Assembly: GCA_964016885.1 (NCBI GenBank)
Contig: OZ024742.1
Coordinates: forward strand, 299,398,001 to 299,462,000
DNA length: 64,000 nucleotides
Direction of reading: 5' to 3'
Source of the DNA: Eledone cirrhosa
Taxonomy: Eukaryota
This document shows, in pieces, positions 39,065 through 52,514 of the stretch; positions within the stretch are counted from its first letter, which is position 1, and each line of letters begins with the position of its first letter. Under the pieces are notes generated by a model. That model did no database searches, was not told where the DNA came from, and saw nothing but the letters and a program-made list of their open reading frames with translations. A program made the position numbers and the translations under genes.

Positions 39065-39492
39065 CGAAGCGTGTAGTTAAAAGAAACATTTGAATGTACG
39101 TTTTGCTTTACGCAAAGCTTAACAACAAAATATTTTTACTATAAAATAGTTGAACATTTGCGCATATAGCCACTTGAGTATGACTGAACACCGGCGTCAC
39201 TTGAACAGATCCAGCCAATAGACGCCTTACACAGCATGACATCAAACTCCATTCTTCATTTTGTTATCACTAATCGACAGTGAAACATATGTAATATGTT
39301 TTGAAATATGTTATGATGCAACACTGACTCTTTGTTCCTTTATTCTTATACTATATATATATGTGAGAATTCAGAAGCAGATGTCTGACATTCTGATCGC
39401 TACACAGGTAACTATGACTTGATCACAGCTTTAAAATACTCATAGAGAGACTCTTGAGTGCCTATTATACATAAATATAATACATAGACCCC

Positions 39493-39579
<87 letters not shown>

Positions 39580-40157
39580 GTGTGTGTGTATACACTATGT
39601 TATATATAATTATTAACATAAGCGTCAGTTCAGAAATATTACGTGTTAGGAACGGTCAAGAACTAGACACTGGAATGATAAAATGCAAAGTTTGTCATTG
39701 TGAATTCTGAAATCATAATATAAATGCCTGGAAAAGTAGTGCTAGCTTTTTTCTGACTCTGTAACGGTTCTGCGAATCCACTATCCTTTTTTTTTCCTCT
39801 CTCGGCATCTAAATCTCACTATATACATATTTATATGTACGTAGTGAGATTTCTTATAGAAATAGGATGAACATTTCTTCGCAATTATTCAAACTACGCA
39901 AATTATTGACTGAATTGAACATGAAGTTGGTGTTGGATACTTCTATTTTAAACCTGTATTTACGAAGCAAAATGTGCCAATGATTATAGGTTTGTATTGA
40001 AACCTACAACAGAGAGCAATTTCTACAGTTTCTGCATTCATTGATAATAGTTATTTTCCCTTTTCGTTGGCAGTTAATGTTTCATCAACATCAGTTAAGA
40101 ATTTGACTTCCACAAAATGTTTATTTATTTGTTTCTCATTATTATATACTTAAGTGA

Positions 40158-40558
40158 GGGCGGTGGATTGGCAGTATCGGTAGACGGTCGGGCGCCATGC
40201 TTTGCAGCATAGAGTTACGGCCCTTTATGATCTGAGTTCAAATGCCGCTGAGGTTAACTTTGCCTTTCATCCTTACGGGGTCGATAAAATAAAGTACCAG
40301 TCACACACTGGGGTCGATTTTAATCGGCTTTCCCCTCCCCCAGAATTGCTGGCCTTGTGCACATATAAGAAACCAGTGGGTTGTCAGTACCGGTAGAGGG
40401 TCGGATGCCATGCTTTGATGCATAGAGTTACCGCCCTTGTCATTCTGAGTTCAAATCCCGCTGAGGTTAACTTTTCCTTTCATCCTTACGGGATCGATAA
40501 AATAAAGTACCAGTAATGCACTGGGATAATTGCTGGCCTTGTGCCAAAAGTAGAAAAT
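40158..40558 (+). mobile_element. Dimeric SINE (long + short subtype) inside one TSD
   Basis: Two head-to-tail monomers. ATTATATACTTAAGTG at 40141-40156 vs ATTATATTTTTAAGTG at 40559-40574. Confidence 0.85.
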
Positions 40559-41748
40559 ATTATATTTTTAAGTGTTGAAGTTTTAAAGTAATCTCCAGCA
40601 AGAGTTAACGTGGATTTTGTTTTTCAATGTTGATGGTAGATTTTGATTCTGAAGGACAAAAAATGTAGTTGATCATCTGATCATCAGATCGGATCAACGA
40701 AACAATATTTCAGTTGTTTTATTCTTTGAGGTGAGATTTGAACTCTTATCGCACAGAACTGAATCAGATAGTGAAAAGCATTCTATCTTAACAATTCCAC
40801 CAATCGGCCGCCCCAACACCGGTATTTTGTTTAATTGGTGCCCACAATGATGGAAATCAAAGTTGACCTCGGTGGGATTTGAACTCAGACCGCAGAAAGC
40901 CAGATCAAGTAATCATGCATTTAATCCAACAACCTAACGACTTCGCAAATTCACCACTTAAAGAATTCTAGATTTCGCCTACATAATTCATACTGAACTC
41001 CTCTCTTTTATCTTATTTTACTATTTAGTCAGGGAAGCAAAAGCAGCACCCATTACCATTTTCATGAAAAGGAAGAAATAATCCCCATACCGGAGACCTG
41101 ATCTGAATGATTGCAACAAAGTGAACCTCAGTAAAGTCATTCGAGAACAAAATAGTGAAGTTAGATCGGCGAACGGGTTAATCATCCATCTAATTAATCT
41201 ACAGAGGTATTTCAACTCATAATACAATAAGCCGGAATAAATACCACAACGAATCTTGTGCGATGATCTAGCAACACTACCCCTTAAAATAAGAACAGTA
41301 CAGATTTAAATCGTATTTGCTTTACATAAACGAATTTATTTTATGATGAAAGAGGAAATTTATCTCAGCGGGATTTGAACTCAGAAAGCACAAAGTCTAA
41401 CGCTCTAAGGAATCGGGGGGGGGGGGGATTCTTCTTCGTAAAACATTTTTCCAGTTTTAATTCATTTCGTTGGTTTGTTGGAGTTTTTATCTTGAAGTGT
41501 TTTCTGTCGAAATACATTTCGTTCTATTATTTCCCGTGTGCCTAACGAGTTGTCTTGAACTATCTTTCATATACGTCTGAAATAAGGATGTTTTCTATCT
41601 ACTGATTTCATAGAGCTGACCATTGGTAGCGTCTGTAACTGAATTGAAATTACACTCTGTCCATTTCAGTTTGGTAGCTGACAGGCGATGATGTTAAGTT
41701 TATTTGTTGTATTTGATCATGGCTCCGTTTTTCTTGCAAACATCTTGA

Positions 41749-41791
<43 letters not shown>

Positions 41792-41993
41792 GAGAGAGAG
41801 AGAAAGAGAGATAGAGATTCACACACGCGCGCGCACACACACACACATATATATATTTATATATATATATATATATAATATAGTTTATCGCTCTACATGG
41901 GTGAATACAATAAATGTAATATGTATATATATATGTATATATATATATGTATATATATATGTATATATATATACATATATATGTATGTATATA

Positions 41994-42225
<232 letters not shown>

Positions 42226-42235
42226 CATATATATG

Positions 42236-42463
<228 letters not shown>

Positions 42464-43079
42464 CATATATATATACATACATATATAATTGTCTAGTGTC
42501 GGTCATATTAACATTTAATCTTTATTTTAAATGCTGCCATGTCATTATATCACAATTCTAAAACCTAAAATAAAGTGTGTCTTCATTATCTTCATTCATC
42601 TCACAATATTTCAACTATTGTGATAGTCATTATATATTCCTCCAGTGTTTTTAAATGGAATTATACTTTAGACACATTTACAGTGCAATTGTTATCTATT
42701 TAAACAAACATTGCGCTTATATCCTCCTCTATGTTTATTCATATCATATTCATTTCATAAGATAAGTATTCACACTCAGTATTTTTCATGTCTTGAGAAT
42801 AGCATATATTATTCAGCTAGCGTTTCTTACGCCTCGATTCTAACCAGTTATTAAGTGTCTTTGATAATTCACTGATGCGGCAATTATTCCGAATGTGCGT
42901 GAATGTCTCCTTCACATATCCTCACTAAATTAAATCCATGAATATTAAAGCAATTTATGACCGTACAAAAGCGGTAGATTTCGCTTAAATCAAATCTACG
43001 GCTAAATTTCTATTCCTGTGTGGAAAATATTCTATTTCATTCATTCTAAGGCAACGCCTTTCAAATTCTCTCCACAGGG

Positions 43080-43320
43080 ATCAGAAAAGAACATCCACCA
43101 ACGCGTTTTGCCCTTCAGATAAACAGAACGAACGGAAAAAAGAACATAATAAACATTCATTCATTTGATTTGGGATGTCACCGTTTACCACTATATATGA
43201 AGATCGTTTGCGTAATACAAAGCTTGACCATTTCTTGTACTTTCCTGTTCCTTCCTGGTATGAGATCTCAAATGGCTTTGAGGTCCTGAAAGCCTTTGAA
43301 ACACCAGTCCACAAATATTA
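43080..43320 (-). pseudogene. Highly decayed LINE RT fragment
   Basis: SKAF..KWSSFVLRKRSSYIVVNGDI resembles the KAFD..W..SFL..R.Q.V.VNG region of CR1/L2 RTs. Confidence 0.45.
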
Positions 43321-45181
43321 CAATGATATCTCATTTCGTTCTTGTTTCCACTTTGGGTTTGCTTATTGTGTATGTTCAGATGTCGCTACAATCCACCACC
43401 TGATTTGAAAACTTTCTGACAAACCTAGCACTGAAACTGATTCTCTGTAACGAAGTTTGAATAGTCAACTTGGACTTTACCATTATGTACTCGTCATATT
43501 TCTGTATCTCGGCAAATATAAGCAGCTGCTGATGACTAATAAGAATCCTGAAATACACCGGCACTGAGGTAGCTGTGATATGACCACAGCTTAAAATAAT
43601 CATAACAAGCCGATTTATATTTATTTTCTTTATACATAAGTATATATAGTTCCATATATGTCTATATTCTTAATGTTTCAGTCAGTTTATAACTTTCACA
43701 CTGTTTACTATTCCTCGATTTCTGCATTACATATTCTATAGAATTTTATTTAACTATACATATAGACAAGTACAATATATTACTGTAATTCACTAGAAAT
43801 TATGTTAACTCATACCTCTATTAATCATATGTGTTTCCGTATAAAGCAATATGTTGTTGATGGACCATATACGCGATTAACCCTTTGGTTACCATATTTC
43901 TAATGAGAAACACTAACTATAATATTGAAATCTTTTTCAAAATAATCGAGAAATTGGGGAGGAATTATTATTGTAACTGACTGTTTCTTTAAGTTAGTGT
44001 TTGGAACATAACTTAACAAAAGTTCATGCATAAAGTTAATTCTGATGGAATGTTGTCTTTTTCTTTAGATAAATATAAATACCTTAAACGAAGTGGCTTT
44101 TTATCTTGAATCAGGGCCGGCTATATATGGTATGATGTCGAAAGAGTTACATCATTACCATTATCTTATACAGATAAATAACGAAATTTCATGTGGGTCA
44201 CGTTGATCTCAGTCTTAATAAAGGGAGTTTATATGTTTTTTATGGTGTAGTCAGGAGGAAGGTGAGGTGCCAAAGCCCTTCCAAAACGATTCAGATTCAT
44301 GCATTTGATGTTCAGTTTTTCGATCTTGTATCATCCCCTGTAAGTGACAGTCGAGTGGCTTTCTTTATCTAAAATAGATGGGTTTGTATAAAAAACAATG
44401 TCGCTGAAGAAAAAAGCTACTCTTAAGGAAGACGATTGTGCCAGGAGATATTAGTAATGGTTTTGAGACCTAGTTTGGGAATTAAGTTGTATGTTTTCTT
44501 GATATGTGCCATGAATGTATCATTGCACTGTTGAATAACGCAAATTTAAAATGTCCTCATTGAATGATATTTTCCAGGTCAGTGATTGTGAAGCAGCGTA
44601 GGTTTAAGGTAATGTATCCAGATTGCTTGTGAATGACCGTTAGATAAGAAGGAATAGTGATACCATCTACGAAGGAGTAAGCTTTTGTCTAATGCAAAGG
44701 TTCTCAACGGGGTGTATATGCACCCCCGGGGGCGTTTCGGAACTCCAGGGAGGCGTTTGGGAGCATGGTCGCGTTAGGGGGGCGTTTGGAGCTTTGGGGG
44801 CGCTGGAAGGCTCTTTACTTTGGTAAGTTTTATAAGCCATATTTGTATGTCTTTGAGACAGCCAGTGTGAATGCATTTGAATTGAATGAGCATGCATACA
44901 GCAAGCATAATTATAGTCTGTGAGCAGGTGTGCAGGTGTGTCTAGACATTAACCGGCAATTGTGATCCTAAAAATGGAAAAACCCACAGTTAACTGGGTC
45001 AAGGACGCTTTGAGTGCAGCCAGTTAGAATCTTATCTTTCCTTCACCGATACAATGTATTTCATGTGTGAAATAATTGACTCAACCGTAACGAGTTAACA
45101 CTATGTAGATCTATTTTATTCTCTATTGTATAAATAATATTACAAATAAAAAAAGAAAAGAAAAAACACAGAAGCGGGTAG

Positions 45182-45390
45182 CACACACATAATCAGGTAA
45201 TACAAACATCTAGGACCACATACAACACACAGGCAGGTAGTACAAACATCTAGGACCACATACAACACATAATCAGGTAATACATACATCTAGGACCACA
45301 TACAACACACAAGCAGGTAATACATACATCTAGGACTACATACAACATACAGGCAAGTAATACATACATCTAGGACCAAATACAACACAC
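45182..45390. repeat. 40-bp minisatellite, about 5 copies
   Basis: Unit like ACACACAGGCAGGTAATACATACATCTAGGACCACATACA. Confidence 0.95.
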
Positions 45391-46419
45391 ATTGTATCAT
45401 GTGCTACGGACGACGCAAGAGAAATTGTCGGCCAACATAAGGGTTTTGTCACTCTTCTGAAGAGAGAAAATCTATCTGTATTTGCTGTTCATTGTGTCAT
45501 TCATCGACAACACTTGGCTATGAAGAAACTCAGCAAGTCCTTGCAGGTGGCCATTGATGTCATCAATTTTATCAAACGGCATTCCCTCAATGAACGAATT
45601 ATCTGGCAACTGTGCCAAGATAATGACTAAGAATTCATCAAGTTGCTCCTTCATACTGAAGTGGGGTGGCTTTCAAAGGGCAAGTTCTTTACTCACTTCT
45701 TTGAACTCTTCGACTATCATTGAGTTTCTGCGAGGACGCAACGCAGAACTGTACAAGAAAACCCGTACCTCATTGACATCTTCGACAAATGCAATAGCGT
45801 CATTTTGGCTTTGCAGGGGAAGAAGATCACCTTGCTTAAAGCAAGGAATGCTGTGAAAACATTCCTGGCCAAATTGAATGTCATCGAAAGGAATCTTTAT
45901 TGACGGGAATTCTATAATTTTCCTAGTATCGCCAATGTTCAAAACATTGTAAGCGATAACCAACTCCAAATTTATACCACTCACCTCCGTGCACTACTCG
46001 ACAACATGAGAGAATGGTTTGTCAACCTTTTGCCGATAGACATTCCAATGTGGATAGCAGATCACTTCATAGCTAACGTCGACAATTTGGATGTTAAATT
46101 TCAGGAAGAATTCATTCAACTTCAATCAGATGACATGATCAAAATTAGATTTCCCAAAATAGGTGAACCCCTTTTTGGGATGCAAGAGGAAATTCAGCGT
46201 CGATTTCCACATCTACATGCAGAGGCTAAGAAATTTGCTCTGCCTTTTCCAAGCTCATACTTAGTCGAGAGAAGGTTTGATGCTGTTTCCAGACTGCACA
46301 GTAAGTCTCGCAACCGCTACAATGTCATTACACGTGAAGATCTCTGGCTACATCTTAGGAAAATTCAACCTCACGTCAAAGAGTTAGCTAGACCCCTTGA
46401 AGTTCAAGGGTCCCATTGA
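45391..46419 (+). pseudogene. Decayed hAT transposase, C-terminal part
   Basis: IVSCATD, VHCVIHRQHL (C-x2-H), LLLHTEV.W, and dimerisation domain LPFPSSYLVERRF. Confidence 0.9.
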
Positions 46420-49187
46420 AATGAGGTCAAAGTTAAAGTAAGTTGATTTATCCGAAAACTTGGATATGCTATTGTTACAAAGCAAACTAATAATTTTTTT
46501 ATTTGTAGTTGCAGTCTGAATGGACTGGAAACCATCTACTACAATTCACTTACTCATTTGTTGTATATATTTTACCATTTACTAATAAATATACCCTCCC
46601 GCATGGTCATGAAAACCCTCTTCCGTGGCCTCTAAGCTCACAAAGCAGAGGGGACATCAAGTTAGATATCAACATTTATTCTGTCCGTTTCATTAAAGGG
46701 AAAATTGGAAAGCTTTGAAATGATATAATTGCCACTTTCTTCCAGATAAGAGCACTCTTGGCATAGACAGAGTTGCTCTTGTATAAATGTTCAAAATAGC
46801 TGGTATCGCCTGGTGGGAATATAACAAATTCAACTGGTCCTTATTCATAAAAAAGAAACTTTATGTTCCTTTTTTTTTAAATTTATATATTTCCTTTCAA
46901 GGAATGTATTTATACTCTCAGCTGCCTGGAATGGTATCTTTGGAATATTGTTAATTTTTCAGTAATCTACTGATATCAAAATCAGTAGTATATTGAAAAA
47001 TGGAAAAATAGGGTGGGGGGGGGGGGCGTTTCGTGATTTCGAGGGACAAAAGGGGGCGTTTGGCCTAAATGGGTTGAGAACCTGTGGTCTAATGTAACAA
47101 TAAGTAGGTAATTGATGTACATGTGAGTTGTCGTTATATTCTCATGCCAGGCAAGTTCAAATATGTTCTTGATGTAGAATGCAATGACATTGTTTACGCC
47201 AAATATCTCAATGCTGAGGCACTCCTAACTATTGATATAGAAGAAATTACGAAAGGTTATCCATTATAGATGACGTACTGCGGTCATTGTGGAGGAAGTT
47301 GAACTTATGATGTTGGAGAAAGAGAGTGTTAAAAAGTGTTTCCATCAACTCTGATATGTTGGAAGTGAGAAGGATAGATCAATATTTCGTAGAACAAATA
47401 CATGACATCATCGGTGATGGAAAACAGTATAACATATTTCTCAAAATCGGATATTCATAGAAAGAGAGAGGGGGTGAGAGCGCAAGAGAGAAAGCGAAAG
47501 AGAGGAGGAAAGAGAGAGAGAAAGAGAAGGGGGGGGGGGGTAATGTGAGTGAAGAATTTGACGAGGATAAAGGTGCCAGATAGCAATGGAAGTGATATTG
47601 TTGATATTGTTATGCCCAATATCTTTGTTAGTCTGAAGTTCTAAGAAGTGATCTCCTACTTAGCGTGTATGATGACATTCTAAGTTATTCAAGCAGGCAT
47701 ATTACGGTTTTAATAGAGCCTGATTTTGCCATAGGTTTAAATGGTGAATTCTACTTCATCAAACAAAGTGAAATGAATTAGATTCCAGGTGGAACTGAAA
47801 CTATATTATGGTATCGGTTTACCAAAAGCTTAGTAGTTATGATGCTCGTCTAACAATCTTAAAGCGCTGAGTTTGATTGACGGTCGTGTTGTGTCCATTT
47901 GTAAGTTATCTTATTTTCCACCCAGCTGGAAACAAAATGAGTTATATCTGTAATTCAAGAAACCAACCATGTCACACAGCACTTAAGGCTGAATCTCCAT
48001 TAAAGTAATCTCCGTTAAAGGTAATCGTGTCCTTGGAATGTTCAGAAATCTGAATATAACTTTCACGGGAATTTGTTCTTAGAAAAAACAACTGGTACAC
48101 ATTTCCTCGGGACCGATGGAGATACAATGCACTCAAAAGGTGTTCTAAGGTGCTGCTAAACAATCATAACCGAGCGAAACATTACCATGTTAATTGAATT
48201 CATACATTTGGGAATCGGGCTGTTACCCTTAATTGATCGATTTAAAAAGGTAGTGATTTCTTTTTTGAAAAATATTTAAAACCTTAATTAATAGTTAATG
48301 GAAATTAAGCTATTAATCAATATTCTAATAGAGAGCCATATTTCCAATATTCTGATGGTATATTCAATAATATGTGTATAAAGTGTAAAGTATGTATTCT
48401 TGCAGCATACATTCACATACACACATATGCGTATATATATATATATATATATATATAGTAATGAAAAAATAAGGGTAAAGGGTAAAGAAGGGCAGATCTG
48501 GCTGTATAGGAAGGTGGATGAAAGGACTATAAATGTCATATATGTGAAGAATAGGAGGGAGATGTTAAGGACTATTGGGCAACAGGAAAAGAGAGGGGGA
48601 AGCGGAGAGGACGACAGACAATATGCCCAGCTTGGGGCGCTGTTTCGGCTGAATCTCATGGACAATACTGCAAAGGCATTTCCGTGCACAATGGCCAGCA
48701 ACACCTGTTGCGGGGCTTCTTCCTCAGACGGGCTGCTAACGTTCCGATTTTATGGAGTAGGACGACGTCTGAGGTCTCGACTGTGATCAGTGTAAAGAGG
48801 AAACAGTCGGACAAAATACAAGATATTTTTTTTCTTTCTCCCCTTTAATACTTGGGATTCTTTGAATTGCGTTCTCATAATATCTCTAGGTAAGCAAGCG
48901 AATGCATACAAACACTCCGAATCACACACGTGAATACCGTTGTAGACAATCTTGTTTGAATAACTTGAATAATCGAAAATGATTATTGCTTTTTTGGTTT
49001 TGTTTTTGTTTGTTTTGTTTTATTACAAAATCGATAGACACATATCTTTGGAACTATTTCGAGTATTAATACGGATTAGACACTTCACTTTTCACGAATA
49101 TCTTTATCCAATCTACGAGAAATAGAAAACAAATCTAATTCAGATCACACTTTACTCTCTTGACGGATACATTTGACAATATATTCC

Positions 49188-49229
<42 letters not shown>

Positions 49230-49499
49230 CTGGAGCAGCTGGCATGTCTTTCATTATCGGTCTACTCCAACAGGACTGATTTGAGATTGTACAAAAACAA
49301 TCAGAGAAAAGGAAATATGGGATATTCCTTCACGGAAATGCTTTCAGTTTGACACCACGTTTGATCCAAACATTTCACGTCATATTCAACGCGTGTCATG
49401 AAATTGTCAACTAAGATTGTCTATAGTGTTGGTGCACGATGTGAAACTGTATAATAGAGATCTGTTCGTGTATATATAACTATATCTATTTATCTCGCT

Positions 49500-49685
49500 C
49501 TCTCTATATCTATCTATCTATCTATCTAAGGCGGGTAAAATTCCCGAGATCCATGGACGAGTACTCTCCAGCGGTCTCTGTCCCTCATTATCGCTGCCAT
49601 ATCCTGCATCTCCAACAGACCAGTGTCTGTCCTTAGGGCATCAACATATGTTAACCTTGGTCTTCCTCTTCCAGTGTGTCCAGTG
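49500..49685 (-). mobile_element. RTE LINE 3' end with (TAGA)n tail
   Basis: Minus strand translates GHTGRGRPRLTYVDALRTDTG..MRDRDRWR, followed by TAGA repeats. Confidence 0.85.
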
Positions 49686-49731
49686 TTATATAAATAATAT
49701 CAGATCAAAAGATGGTTAAAAGAGTTCCAAG

Positions 49732-49802
49732 TATTTTATTATGCGCATTTCAAAAACAAATATCATCATGTGATGATATCTGCGTTCTCATCAGATAAAA
49801 TA
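49732..49802 (-). ncRNA. Type I hammerhead ribozyme (mirror copy)
   Basis: Reverse complement of 49950-50020 with one difference near the stem II loop. Confidence 0.85.
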
Positions 49803-49949
49803 GGGATACATGATATGAAGCTTAAAAAACACTGGTGAATAGTGAAGTTTTAAATCAACATATTGATATGTTTTAAATCAACATATTGATATGTTGATTT
49901 AAAACTTCACTATTCACAAGTGTTTTTTAAGCTTCATATCATTTATCCC

Positions 49950-50020
49950 TATTTTATCTGATGAGAACGCAGATATCATCCCATGATGATATTTGTTTTT
50001 GAAATGCGCATAATAAAATA
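49950..50020 (+). ncRNA. Type I hammerhead ribozyme
   Basis: TATTTTAT CTGATGA [GAACGCAGATATCATC CCAT GATGATATTTGTTTTT] GAAA TGCGCA T A ATAAAATA: 8-bp stem I, long stem II, palindromic stem III. Confidence 0.88.
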
Positions 50021-50141
50021 CTTGGAACTCTTTTAACCATCTTTTTATCTTATATTATTTATACTCCAGTCCTACAAACTGTAGAGTGCTACTTATCCGA
50101 TATCTGCATTGCTTTATTGTGCTACAATAAAACTCACCTCC

Positions 50142-50174
<33 letters not shown>

Positions 50175-50179
50175 CCTGA

Positions 50180-50216
<37 letters not shown>

Positions 50217-50218
50217 TG

Positions 50219-50478
50219 TATGTATAGTATATTTGGCAATATACCGTATGTTTAATTTAAACACTTTAGAAGACCATTCGCTATTAGATCTAAAGTACTG
50301 ACTGTTACTTATATTATCGGCAAAAGCTGGGAGAATGGCAGAATGGCTCATAGCTGTTTCTCACTGCTTGGCGTTTATCAAAGCCACGGACTCGCCTGCC
50401 TTGACTAAAAATTATAGAATGGTCTTCTAAATGTTTTTTTATTAAACATAGAGTATATTGCCAAATATACTATACATA
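50219..50478 (-). mobile_element. Fold-back PLE-like relic with decayed hammerhead (50344-50386)
   Basis: About 60-bp inverted arms 50219-50279 / 50417-50478. The minus strand reads TGGCT TTGATAA ACGC CAA GCAGTGA GAAA CAGCTA T G AGCCA. Confidence 0.7.
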
Positions 50479-50646
50479 TATTGATGTATACATCGCTTTT
50501 TCAGAGCACCAATACTAATATACATAAATATATATATATATATATCATTCAGCCTTTTGGATTACTGATTGACCGAAGATACTGATTAGCATTGAGCTTC
50601 TATACTCTTTACCAGGATATATATTGATAAACTCCAATATAACGTA

Positions 50647-50686
<40 letters not shown>

Positions 50687-50921
50687 AATTAATATCTAGT
50701 AACATATATATACATACAGATGCATATCAATGCTAGCAAATATACTGATTGACCTCGATGTCACGTGATTGATTCCTTTTGAATTTGCCACCGACGCAGA
50801 GGCAGTGATTTTCTCAATGGCTAGGAATTCAGTCCACGCTTTGCTATTTTCTATCCACTGAATTATTTTTTAATAAGTTTCCAGAGTCCACGCTTTGCCT
50901 GGATACTTAGATGAGAATAGT

Positions 50922-51001
50922 CTTCCCTGACGACGGAATGATTCTATGTATTTTCTTCGGAAAATATATTTATTCCATTCGAGAAACTAATTAGTTGGAA
51001 G
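50922..51001 (+). ncRNA. Type I hammerhead ribozyme with C(UUCG)G-capped stem II
   Basis: CTTCC CTGACGA [..GTATTTTC TTCG GAAAATAT..] GAAA CTAATTAG T T GGAAG. Confidence 0.78.
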
Positions 51002-51435
51002 TGATATTTTAGTAAGTAAGTTAATTTTCTTATTTTACGTCTCTCGTATTATTGTTCTGCAACCCCATGCATTGAACCACAAAGTTACTAAGACAAAACC
51101 TATATATTTGCTAGCATTGATATGCATCTGTATGTATATATATGTTACTAGATATTAATTCTTTATAATTATCTCCAAATTATTTGTCGAGCAATATTGG
51201 CCATGACTGCTGCTATGGTAGCAGGCAGGCCGCTGTCTTATTAGCAAACCACTTTCCACTGATTGCCCTCGATGTCACGTGATTGATTCTTTTTGAATTT
51301 GCCACCGACGCAGAGGCAGTGATTTTCTCAATGGCTAGGAATTCAGTCCACGCTTTGCTATTTTCTATCCACTGAATTATTTTTTAATAAGTTTCCAGAG
51401 TCCACGCTTTGCCTGGATACTTAGATGAGAATAGT

Positions 51436-51515
51436 CTTCCCAGACGACGGAATGATTCCATGTATTTTCTTCGGAAAATATATTTATTCCATTCCAGAAA
51501 CTAATTAGTTGGAAG
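51436..51515 (+). ncRNA. Second hammerhead copy with mutated core (CAGACGA)
   Basis: Same fold as 50922-51001 with U4 changed to A. Confidence 0.65.
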
Positions 51516-51567
51516 TGATATTTTAGTAAGTAAGTTAATTTTATAATTTTCTTATTTTACGTCTCTC

Positions 51568-51614
<47 letters not shown>

Positions 51615-52097
51615 CAGACACAGAGAAAGAGACAGAGAGATAGAGTGAGAGAGAGAGAGAAAGAAAAAAATACACCTATGTATATACTCGTGTGTGTGTG
51701 TGAAGCAAGTTAGGCTATTATAGAAAGTGATACTACGACACATCTTGGCTGATCAATGAAACAGAACTAGCACACGAGTCTGGCAGTTAATAAGATGAGT
51801 TATAAGAAACTTCAATAAATCTGCAACTCTATGGGAAAAGACATTAATAAATAAGCATATTGTTGTCGTCAACTGGTGTTTCTATATCACACTGAATATA
51901 AACTTACACGAGGTAACGTCAATAAACGAAGTAAACCAAGTCGTAGAACAATAGAAAAATTTAAAGATAAGCAGAACGTAACATTAATAGAATCTAAGCT
52001 GGAGTGTAGCAGTAGGGGAGCAATTATGTTAAAAGTAATAGAGAGTGATGGAAGTATTAAATAAACATATTGAGGGAGGAAAGCAGTTAGTAATAAC

Positions 52098-52514
52098 GGT
52101 TTCTGATTTCGGAACAAGGCCAGCAATGTTGGGGGAGGGGAAGTCGATTAAATCAACCTCAGTGTATTACTTGTGCTTTATTTTATTGACACCGTAAGGA
52201 TGAAAGTCAAAGCTAACCTCGGCGGGATTTGAACTCATAACGTAAAAAGACATAACTCTATGCCGCAAAGCATGTTGTCTGACGCTTTACCGATTCTGCC
52301 AATCCACCACCCTATTGTATGAAATGATAATGATTACAAGGCCAGTAATTTGGGGAGAGGGGAAAGTCGATTAAATCGACTTTAGTGCGTTACTGGTGCT
52401 TTATTTTATCGACCCCGTAGGGATGAAAGGCAAAGCTAACTTCGGTGGTATTTGAACTCAGAATCTAAAGGGCCGTAACTCTAAGCTGAAAATCTTGTTG
52501 TACCGATTCTGCCA
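52098..52514 (-). mobile_element. Two adjacent SINEs of the long subtype (about 52098-52312, 52336-52514)
   Basis: Reverse complement of the SINE family, including the GTCGATTTAATCGACTTCCCCTCCCC segment. Confidence 0.88.

Larger units (their letters stand above)
44695..47086 (+). mobile_element. Internally deleted hAT (Buster/Charlie-type) DNA transposon
   Basis: TIRs CAAAGGTTCTCAAC / GTTGAGAACCTGTG; perfect 8-bp TSD GTCTAATG (44687-44694, 47087-47094) with central TA; subterminal GGGGGCGTTT repeats. Confidence 0.95.
49689..50145. mobile_element. Fold-back PLE-like relic with about 180-bp inverted arms and about 80-bp tail
   Basis: Inverted repeat 49689-50063 with a hammerhead in each arm, and tail 50064-50145 before (TA)n. 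Confidence 0.88.
50680..51570 (+). mobile_element. PLE-like pLTR tandem with 5' inverted segment
   Basis: Inverted 50680-50744 / 51103-51167. Direct repeats about 50745-51050 and 51259-51570, each with a hammerhead motif. (TA)n flanks both sides. Confidence 0.85.

Noticed and set aside
45182-45390. Regularly spaced repeats resembling a CRISPR array
   Set aside because: No unique spacers. It is a tandem minisatellite inside a eukaryotic hAT element, with no cas genes.
48600-48895. GC-richer island with minus-strand CTGAGGA..GAAA and a plus-strand AG|GTAAG donor-like site
   Set aside because: Could not build convincing hammerhead stems, and an exon or promoter cannot be supported without transcript data.
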